Origin: an uncultured Gemmatimonadaceae bacterium
GTDB taxonomy: Bacteria > Gemmatimonadota > Gemmatimonadetes > Gemmatimonadales > Gemmatimonadaceae
Length of the DNA: 64,000 nucleotides
NCBI GenBank assembly: GCA_963761305.1
Contig: CAVXGK010000002.1
Coordinates: 2,592,001-2,656,000, forward strand
Direction of reading: 5' to 3'
The number at the start of each line of letters is the position of its first letter. Position 1 is the first letter of the stretch. The position numbers were made by a program, and so were the translations under genes. The notes beneath the pieces are model-generated. The model was not told the origin of the DNA and did no database searches. It saw only the letters and a program-made list of their open reading frames with translations. Below are positions 56,824 through 64,000 of this stretch, piece by piece.

Positions 56824-58158
56824 ATGCCTTTTCTTGCCCGCCTGCGCCGGCCGGGCATCCGCAAAGCGGGTGCGGCCGCGCTGACGGTAGGCCTCGCGTT
56901 GTTGCTTGCTGCGTGTGGCCAGGATCATCCCGATTCGATCTTTCACCAGCGGACGGACGTCAATCGGGACGTCACTTTCCTTTTCAAGATTCTGATCTGG
57001 GCCGGGGCCGTCGTCTTCGTGTTCGTCGAAGGCATCTTGGTCTACACCCTGGTCAAATACCGCAAACGGCCCGGCCAGGCCGAACCAGAGCATGTGCACG
57101 GCAACACCGCCCTCGAGATCACCTGGACGGTGGTTCCGCTGCTGATCCTCGTGATCATCGCGATCCCGACGCTCACGACGATCGCCAGGACTCAGGCGGC
57201 GGCGCGGTCCGACGCCCTCCAGGTGGAAGTGATCGGACACCAGTGGTGGTGGGAGTTCCGCTACCCGCAGTACAAGATCGTCACGGCGAACGAGTTGTAT
57301 CTCCCGATCGGCCGCACCGTGAATTTCACGCTCCACAGCGCCGACGTGATCCACTCGTTCTGGGTCCCGGCGTTGTCCGGCAAGCGTGACGTCGTCACGA
57401 ACCACACGAACTTCCTCTGGTACACGCCCGATTCGTCGGGCAGCGCGGCGTGGAACGGCGCCTGTGCCGAGTACTGCGGCGCGAGCCATGCCAACATGCG
57501 CTTCAGGGCATTCACGGTAAGCCCGGACGATTTTGAGAGTTGGGCGGCGCATCAGGCCGAGCTGGCCGTCGGAGCGCAAGCCGCCGCGCCCGCAGCGACG
57601 ACGCCTGGCGCCCCGACCGCGACTCCGCCGACGTCCGGCGCGGCCACGACAAGACCGGCTGTCGCGGCAACCACCGCACAAGCTCCGGCCGCGGCGCCCG
57701 CGCCGGCCACGCTCCCGGTGGCGCAAGCGGGTTTCATCTCGTTCCCGCGAGAGAAACTGCCGCCGAACGTGATTCCACAGACGCCGTATCCGGCGGGCCT
57801 CAACTTCGACGACAACCTGCTGGCGACGGGTGACCCGGCGAGCGGCGCGAAGCTGATGGTCGGCGCCGGCACGTGTCTCGGCTGCCACATGATCAACGGC
57901 GTGCCCGGCATGATCGGCGTCATCGGTCCGAATCTCACCCACGTCGCAAGCCGCACGACGATCGCCGCGGGGCTCTACCCGAACGACCCGCCGCACCTTG
58001 CGCGCTGGATCAAGAACGCTGAGGAGATGAAGCCGGGCGTCGTCATGCCGACGATCGGCGCGGGCGAGTACGACCCGAGGATGCACACGAAGTCGTTCGT
58101 GAATTTGAGCGATAAGCAGATCGCCGACATCGTGGCGTATCTACAGACTCTGAAATAA
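56824..58158 (+). CDS. coxB: Cytochrome c oxidase subunit II with fused cytochrome c (caa3-type)
   Basis: Lipobox LAAC; HQWWW; DVIHSF; CuA CAEYCGASHANM; heme c CLGCH, GPNLT, MP. Confidence 0.93.
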   Translation: MPFLARLRRPGIRKAGAAALTVGLALLLAACGQDHPDSIFHQRTDVNRDVTFLFKILIWAGAVVFVFVEGILVYTLVKYRKRPGQAEPEHVHGNTALEITWTVVPLLILVIIAIPTLTTIARTQAAARSDALQVEVIGHQWWWEFRYPQYKIVTANELYLPIGRTVNFTLHSADVIHSFWVPALSGKRDVVTNHTNFLWYTPDSSGSAAWNGACAEYCGASHANMRFRAFTVSPDDFESWAAHQAELAVGAQAAAPAATTPGAPTATPPTSGAATTRPAVAATTAQAPAAAPAPATLPVAQAGFISFPREKLPPNVIPQTPYPAGLNFDDNLLATGDPASGAKLMVGAGTCLGCHMINGVPGMIGVIGPNLTHVASRTTIAAGLYPNDPPHLARWIKNAEEMKPGVVMPTIGAGEYDPRMHTKSFVNLSDKQIADIVAYLQTLK

Positions 58159-58186
58159 CGAAACGCGGAACTGGAGGCATAGAGGA

Positions 58187-60184
58187 ATGGCAACCGCTGC
58201 TGTCAGCCCCGGCTACGCGCACGCCGACGAGGCGTACAAGAACGGAGTCTGGAGCTGGCTCACCACCGTCGATCACAAGCGGATCGGCGCGCTGTACATG
58301 TACACCGCACTCGCCTGGTTCGGCATCGGCGGCATCGAAGCGATGCTCATGCGCTGGCAGTTGAAAGGACCCAACGGCACGTCGGTATCGGCCGAGATGT
58401 TCAATCAGCTGTTCACGATGCACGGCACGACGATGATCTTCCTCGTCGTCATGCCGCTCTCGGCAGCGTTTTTCAATTTTCTGATTCCGCTCCAGATCGG
58501 CGCACGCGATGTCGCGTTCCCGCGGCTCAACGCGTTCAGTTACTGGGTCTATCTCTTCGGTTCGCTGTTCATGAACTCGTCGTGGCTGTTCGGCATGGCG
58601 CCGAACGGCGGCTGGTTCGGCTACGCGCCGCTCACGACGATCCCGTATTCGCCGGGGCTGAACATCGACTTCTGGATGCTCGGCCTGCAGATCCTCGGCG
58701 TGTCGTCGCTCGCGGCGGCGTTCAACTTCATAACCACGATCATCAACATGCGCGCGCCGGGGATGAACCTGATGCGCATGCCGATGTTCACCTGGATGGC
58801 GTTCGTCGTGCAGTTCCTGCTGGTGCTGGCGTTCCCGGTGATCACGATCGCCCTCGTGTTCCTGCAGTTCGACCGGTTCTTCGGGACGAACTTCTACACG
58901 ATGACGGCCGGCGCCGATCCGCTGCTCTGGCAGCACCTGTTCTGGATCTTCGGGCACCCGGAGGTCTACATCCTCATCCTGCCGGCGTTCGGGCTCGTCT
59001 CGGAGATCCTCCCGACGTTCTCGCGCAAGCCGATCTTCGGCTATCCGGTCATGGTGTACTCGGGAATCCTCATCGCGTTCCTCGGCTTCGGCGTGTGGGC
59101 GCACCACATGTTCGCCGTCGGCATGGGCGCGATCCCCGATTCGGTGTTCGCGATCACGACGATGCTCATCGCCATCCCGACCGGCGTGAAGATCTTCAAC
59201 TGGATCTTCACGATGTGGGGCGGGAACCTGCGGTTCACCGTCGCGATGAAGTACGCCATCTCGCTCGTCGGCCTGTTCGTGATCGGCGGCATCTCGGGCG
59301 TCATGCACGCGTCGCCGCCGGCCGACCTCCAGCAGACCGACACCTACTTCATCGTCGCGCACTTCCACTACGTGCTCGTCGCCGGCTCGATGATGGGTCT
59401 CTCGGGAGGCATCTACTACTACTTCCCGAAGATCACCGGCCGCCTGCTGGACGAGAAGATCGGCAACTGGCAGTTCTGGCTCACCTTCATCGGCGTCAAC
59501 CTGACGTTCATGCCGATGCACTGGGCCGGGTTGTACGGCATGCCGCGCCGCGTCTACCGCTACGACTCGGGCCAGGGTTGGGAGATCTTCAACCTGTTGA
59601 GCTCGATCGGCGCCGGCATCCAGCTGATCGCGGCCCTCATCGGGCTTTACAACATCCTCAAGAGCCGCAAGAGCGGCGAAGTGGCGGGCAACGACCCGTG
59701 GGGTGGCGGCACGCTCGAGTGGTCCATCCCGTCGCCGCCGCCGGAGTACAACTTCGCCGTCATCCCGACCGTGACGTCGCGCTATCCCCTGTGGGACGTC
59801 AAGGCGCCGGGACTGGCGGCCGACGTGCCGCACAGCCGCCACGGCGACGAACGGAGCGACATCACCGTCGGCGGACGCCACGTCGGCTCGATGCACGACC
59901 ACATGAGCGCGGGCACCCCGGAAGGCGGTGTGAATCCGCACGCCAAGCAGTCGTCGACCAAGGTCTCGCTCAAGACGGCCGAAGAGCTCGGGATTCCGAT
60001 TCCCTACCCGACGATCAAGCCGCTCTTCGTCGCGCTGTTCATGACGCTCATGTTCGCCAGCCTGCTGTTCATCCACGAGAACATGCTGAAGGTCGCCATC
60101 ACGGGAATCATCCTGTGCGCGGCGACGATGACGACGTTCCTCTACGCCTGGCTCACGTCTCCTCTCGAACCCCATCACGCATGA
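58187..60184 (+). CDS. coxA: Cytochrome c oxidase subunit I (A1 type)
   Basis: DHKRIG, MHGTTM, GHPEVY, WAHHM, AHFHY, GMPRR. Confidence 0.96.
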   Translation: MATAAVSPGYAHADEAYKNGVWSWLTTVDHKRIGALYMYTALAWFGIGGIEAMLMRWQLKGPNGTSVSAEMFNQLFTMHGTTMIFLVVMPLSAAFFNFLIPLQIGARDVAFPRLNAFSYWVYLFGSLFMNSSWLFGMAPNGGWFGYAPLTTIPYSPGLNIDFWMLGLQILGVSSLAAAFNFITTIINMRAPGMNLMRMPMFTWMAFVVQFLLVLAFPVITIALVFLQFDRFFGTNFYTMTAGADPLLWQHLFWIFGHPEVYILILPAFGLVSEILPTFSRKPIFGYPVMVYSGILIAFLGFGVWAHHMFAVGMGAIPDSVFAITTMLIAIPTGVKIFNWIFTMWGGNLRFTVAMKYAISLVGLFVIGGISGVMHASPPADLQQTDTYFIVAHFHYVLVAGSMMGLSGGIYYYFPKITGRLLDEKIGNWQFWLTFIGVNLTFMPMHWAGLYGMPRRVYRYDSGQGWEIFNLLSSIGAGIQLIAALIGLYNILKSRKSGEVAGNDPWGGGTLEWSIPSPPPEYNFAVIPTVTSRYPLWDVKAPGLAADVPHSRHGDERSDITVGGRHVGSMHDHMSAGTPEGGVNPHAKQSSTKVSLKTAEELGIPIPYPTIKPLFVALFMTLMFASLLFIHENMLKVAITGIILCAATMTTFLYAWLTSPLEPHHA

Positions 60185-60217
60185 CGCCCAGCGTCAGCGT
60201 TTCGAACTGAAAACCAC

Positions 60218-60871
60218 ATGGCCACTGCCGTCGCAACTCACGCCCATCCGCCGACCAGCACCGGGCTCGATCACCGGAAGATCGCCATCTGGGCGTTCAT
60301 CGGGTCCGAGTGCATGCTGTTCGCGTCGCTCATCTCGACGTACCTGATCTACAAGGGACGGAGCATCGTCGGCCCGTTCCCCCACGAGGCGTGCGACCCG
60401 CCGCAGTGCGCGACCCATCTGAATGCGATCCTCAACATCCCGGTCACGTCGCAGTCGACGTTCGTGCTGCTGATGTCGTCGCTGTTCATGGTGCTCGCGC
60501 TCGAAGCGGTCGAGAACAAAGGCAAGCCGGGATACACCGGCATCCGTGGGTCGTCCAAGTTCTGGCTGATGGCGACGGCGATCGCCGGCGCCACGTTCCT
60601 CGGCTACCAGGCGTTCGAGTTCACGTCGTTCGTGCACGAAGGACTCACGATCCGCACCAACCTGTTCGGCTCGTCGTTCTTCACGCTCACGGGGTTCCAC
60701 GGCGCGCACGTCACGGCGGGCGTCCTCTGGCTGCTCACGTTGTTCGCGATCGACGTCAAGCGCGGGCTCGGTCCGAAGGACGCGCTCCTCGTCGACATCT
60801 CGGCGTTGTACTGGCATTTCGTCGACGTCGTGTGGATCGCGATCTTCACTCTCGTCTATCTCATCAAGTAA
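60218..60871 (+). CDS. coxC: Cytochrome c oxidase subunit III
   Basis: W.FI.SE..LF, LTGFHG.HV, YWHFVDVVW. Confidence 0.93.
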   Translation: MATAVATHAHPPTSTGLDHRKIAIWAFIGSECMLFASLISTYLIYKGRSIVGPFPHEACDPPQCATHLNAILNIPVTSQSTFVLLMSSLFMVLALEAVENKGKPGYTGIRGSSKFWLMATAIAGATFLGYQAFEFTSFVHEGLTIRTNLFGSSFFTLTGFHGAHVTAGVLWLLTLFAIDVKRGLGPKDALLVDISALYWHFVDVVWIAIFTLVYLIK

Positions 60872-60894
60872 GCGGCGCCGGAGCGACTCATCTC

Positions 60895-61245
60895 ATGGCC
60901 AACGACGACATCTTCCAGCATACCAACCCCGACGTCGACGTCCACGCGATGGGCGAGGTGCACGAGCACCCGACGTGGAAAGAGTACAAGTGGGTGGCGC
61001 TCATCCTCACGCTCATCACGGTCGTCGAGGTGTGGGTCTACTACACGCCATTCTCGAAGACGCCGCTCTTCGTCCCGGTATTGCTCATCATGTCGATCAT
61101 CAAGTTCACGATCGTCGTGATGTTCTACATGCACCTCAAGTACGACCACAAGTTGTTCCGTGCGTTGTTCACCGGCCCGTTGACGATCGCGATGTCCACG
61201 CTCATCGCCCTCCTCTTCCTCTTCGGGAAGTTCGCGGGACGCTAG
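60895..61245 (+). CDS. Cytochrome c oxidase subunit IV family protein
   Basis: L..IT.VE, K...VV.FYMHLKYD; 3 TMs; operon position. Confidence 0.88.
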   Translation: MANDDIFQHTNPDVDVHAMGEVHEHPTWKEYKWVALILTLITVVEVWVYYTPFSKTPLFVPVLLIMSIIKFTIVVMFYMHLKYDHKLFRALFTGPLTIAMSTLIALLFLFGKFAGR

Positions 61246-61269
61246 CCTCCGGAGCAGGATGATGGACGG

Positions 61270-62112
61270 ATGACCATGCCGATCGTCGCGCTGCTGCACG
61301 TCGGCGCGCGCATGAGCTTGAGGAGTTTCTCGGTGCACCCGAGCACCGTCATCGGCATCATCGCGCTGGCGTTCCTCTACGAGTGGGCCGCGCGGAGGTT
61401 CGTCCCTGCCGACTCCGAGCACCAGCCGCGCCGGCTCGTCTTTCACGGCGCGCTGGTGATCATGTTCTTCTCGCTCAACGGGTGGCTCCACGACCTGAGC
61501 GACGCGTATCTCTTCAGCGCCCACATGGTCCAGCACCTGATGCTGGCGCTGGTCGTCGCACCACTGCTGCTCATGGGCGTGACCGGCGAGATGCTGCGGC
61601 CGGCGCTATCGCTCCGGGGCGTGGCCCCCGTGGCGCGCTGGCTCACCAAGCCGACGCATTGTTTCGCGATCTTCAATGTCGTGCTGGCGGCATGGCACCT
61701 CCCGCCGCTCTACAACTACGCGCTGGCGCACCACCCGGTGCACATCGCCCAGCACCTCATGTTCCTCGTGGCGTCGGTGATCATGTGGTGGCCGGTTCTG
61801 AGCCCGCTGCCGGAGCTGCCGAGGCTCAGCTTCCCGGGGCAGATGCTCTACGTCTTCCTGATGAGCATCCCCATGGCGATCGTCGCGGTCTACATCGCCT
61901 ACGCCGACGAGGTCCTCTATCCGCTGTACGCCTCCGCGCCGCGCGTCTGGGGCATCACGCCGATGAGCGACCAGATGATCGGAGGGCTCATCATGTGGAT
62001 CCCCGGCGGGCTGTTCTTCTACGCCATCGTCTCAGTCGTGTTCTTCCGCTGGCAGCAGAGGGACGGCGTAGAGAGCCGAGCGGGGGCGCAGGTGGATTGG
62101 CACGCGGTCTGA
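61270..62112 (+). CDS. ctaG: Caa3-type CtaG oxidase assembly factor
   Basis: LFSAHMVQH, WHLPPLY, H..QH, DQ..GG.IMW.PG. Confidence 0.88.
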   Translation: MTMPIVALLHVGARMSLRSFSVHPSTVIGIIALAFLYEWAARRFVPADSEHQPRRLVFHGALVIMFFSLNGWLHDLSDAYLFSAHMVQHLMLALVVAPLLLMGVTGEMLRPALSLRGVAPVARWLTKPTHCFAIFNVVLAAWHLPPLYNYALAHHPVHIAQHLMFLVASVIMWWPVLSPLPELPRLSFPGQMLYVFLMSIPMAIVAVYIAYADEVLYPLYASAPRVWGITPMSDQMIGGLIMWIPGGLFFYAIVSVVFFRWQQRDGVESRAGAQVDWHAV

Positions 62113-62247
62113 CTCGCCATCAATTTGGCCCTTCGGGAAGGGCTCTTTCGCGATACCTCGGTGGTAGCATACTAGTCTGTAAGAATGGGCCCTGTGCGCG
62201 GTTGCGCCCCTCGGCCCAGGCCCGAATTCCCAATCAGGACGGTTAAC

Positions 62248-63585
62248 GTGGCTACGACCGTTCAGCCTCCCTCCGCTCCACCCGGCCCGGGTTCCAGCTC
62301 AGAGCGCGACGTCCGCCCGGGATCGAACGAACCGCCCGGCGGGCAGTCCGCGCGCGTCCCCGAAAAACAGCAAACGGCAAAGGCCCCCAAGGAGCGCCTT
62401 CTTTCGCTCGACGTTTTCCGCGGTCTCACGATCGCGGGGATGCTGCTCGTCAACGACCCGGGAACCTGGAGCTCCATCTACCCGCCGCTCGAGCACGCGG
62501 CGTGGAACGGCTGGACGCCGACCGATCTCGTCTTCCCGTTCTTTCTGTTCATCGCGGGCGTCACGACGCACCTCTCGCTCACGTCGCGGCGCGCGCGCGG
62601 CGACGACGAGTCGGCGATCCGGCGCCAGATCATTCGTCGCGGACTGCTGATTTTCCTGTTCGGCTTCCTCGTCAACGGATTCCCGTTCTTCACGTGGGGG
62701 CACGTGGACGGCATCGCCGACCCGACGTTCGTCCAGCGCGTCGTGGACCGCCTGTACCACTGGCGGATCATGGGTGTCCTGCAACGCATCGGTCTCGCGT
62801 ATTTGTTCGCGGCGCTGCTCACGCAGGGGCGCAGCCTGAAGCGGCAGATCATCACGGTCTGCGCGCTGCTGTTCGGCTACTGGGGGTTGATGACGCTGCT
62901 GCCGGTCCCGGACAGCGGCGTGATGGGGTACCTGACGCTCAACGACGCGCCGAAGACGATGGCCGCCTGGTGGGATCGCTATCTCCTCGACTGGACGCGC
63001 TTCGGCCTCGGCAACCACACTTGGGTGAACAGTCTGACCTGGGATCCGGAGGGGATTTTCTCGACGATCCCGGCGATCGGAACCGCGATGCTAGGCAACC
63101 TGGCCGGACAGTGGATCGGTACCAAACGCCAGCTCGTCGACCGGCTCAACGGACTGTTCGCGGTCGGCGCGCTGGGGATGATGGCCGGGCTCGTCTGGAA
63201 CTGGGTATTCCCGATCAATAAGAGCATCTGGACGAGCTCGTACGTCGTGTTCAGCGCGGGCATGGCCTGCGTTTCGCTCGCCACGATCATGTGGATCGTG
63301 GACGTGCAGGGTTGGAAGCGATGGACGAAGCCGTTCGTCATCTACGGGATGAACCCGATGGTGGCATTCGTCGGGTCCGGCGTGATGGCCCGGTGCATCT
63401 ATTCCATCTTCACGGTTAACTATCACGGCCAGACGATTCCGCTCGAGACGGGGATCTATCAGGCACTGTTCGCCTCATGGCTCGACCCGGTCAACGCCTC
63501 GTTGGCTTTCGCGATCACGTTCGTCTTGTTCTGGTTTGGCATCCTCTACGCACTCTATCGCAAGCAAATCTTCTTCAAAGTCTGA
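62248..63585 (+). CDS. Heparan-alpha-glucosaminide N-acetyltransferase-like (NagX/DUF5009) membrane acyltransferase
   Basis: [11 protein letters not shown]...M..VN, H..WNG.T.TDLVFP.F, GVLQRI, DPEG, PINK..WT.S. Confidence 0.88.
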   Translation: MATTVQPPSAPPGPGSSSERDVRPGSNEPPGGQSARVPEKQQTAKAPKERLLSLDVFRGLTIAGMLLVNDPGTWSSIYPPLEHAAWNGWTPTDLVFPFFLFIAGVTTHLSLTSRRARGDDESAIRRQIIRRGLLIFLFGFLVNGFPFFTWGHVDGIADPTFVQRVVDRLYHWRIMGVLQRIGLAYLFAALLTQGRSLKRQIITVCALLFGYWGLMTLLPVPDSGVMGYLTLNDAPKTMAAWWDRYLLDWTRFGLGNHTWVNSLTWDPEGIFSTIPAIGTAMLGNLAGQWIGTKRQLVDRLNGLFAVGALGMMAGLVWNWVFPINKSIWTSSYVVFSAGMACVSLATIMWIVDVQGWKRWTKPFVIYGMNPMVAFVGSGVMARCIYSIFTVNYHGQTIPLETGIYQALFASWLDPVNASLAFAITFVLFWFGILYALYRKQIFFKV

Positions 63586-64000
63586 TGTTCGATTCTCGCG
63601 TTGGCAGGATGGAGAGGGCGGGCGGGCCGCTGATCGTCGTGAGACGACTGGCGCTCGCGGCCGGTGTGCTCGTTGCGAGCACGGCGCCCGCCACGGCGAT
63701 GCAGGCCGGCGGCGTGTCCTCGTCGTCGCTCGCGGCGATCACGACTGCGCCGACGACGACCAGGAAGCCGAAGCGATCGACCACGACGGCGAAGAAACCG
63801 GCCAAACCGGCGTGGTCGGCGACGGTCGGCAGCGACGCGCTCGCCACGGCGGTGGCCGACGCGCTGAGCCACCGCACGCACGGCGGCACCTGGGGCGCGA
63901 TCATCGTCTCGCTCACGCGGGGCGACACGCTGTTCTCCCAGAACGCCGACGCCATGCTGCAACCGGCCTCGACGCTCAAGATGTACACCTCGGCGGTCGC
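63585..64000 (+). CDS. dacB: D-Ala-D-Ala carboxypeptidase/endopeptidase (PBP4, S13), 3' truncated
   Basis: Own translation from the TGATG overlap gives ...WGAIIVSLTRGDTLFSQNADAMLQPASTLKMYT (SxxK); absent from the ORF track because it has no stop in the window. Confidence 0.85.
   Translation, partial: MFDSRVGRMERAGGPLIVVRRLALAAGVLVASTAPATAMQAGGVSSSSLAAITTAPTTTRKPKRSTTTAKKPAKPAWSATVGSDALATAVADALSHRTHGGTWGAIIVSLTRGDTLFSQNADAMLQPASTLKMYTSAV

Noticed and set aside
41304..60178. Long antisense or alternate-frame ORFs (e.g. 41304-43571 minus, 51433-54177 plus, 58043-60178 minus; also 5777-8119 plus)
   Set aside because: Shadow ORFs expected from high-GC codon bias; Arg/Ala-rich, motif-free and overlapping well-supported genes
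1..64000. Prophage, IS, integron or defence island
   Set aside because: No integrase, transposase, reverse transcriptase, phage structural or recognisable defence genes found

Overview
High-GC bacterial chromosomal segment. Gene content and style suggest Gemmatimonadota, but that is inference only. It holds about 52 CDS: many secreted peptidases and amidohydrolases (M1, M61, M42, a zincin), a fatty-acid beta-oxidation pair (fadN-like gene broken by a +1 frameshift, plus a thiolase), a four-gene type IV minor-pilin cassette, and an ECF sigma/anti-sigma/Spy-like/TolC/MacA/MacB-permease operon with no ATPase gene. Also present are PadR, Kup, a rubrerythrin-VIT1 fusion, leuS, an MCP, a Tat-exported glycosylasparaginase-family enzyme divergent from a cNMP-domain-fused aspartase, a caa3-type cytochrome c oxidase operon, and a truncated dacB. 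I found no rRNA, tRNA, CRISPR array, transposase or integrase. The notable non-coding structure is: two related ~240-250 bp nested-palindrome elements between convergent genes; a 1.1 kb gene-poor region with a 13-unit degenerate 21-bp array, spaced palindromes and a long hairpin; a heptamer tract abutting the padR -35 box; and a recurring TANNNT-N5/6-ATG leaderless-promoter signature.
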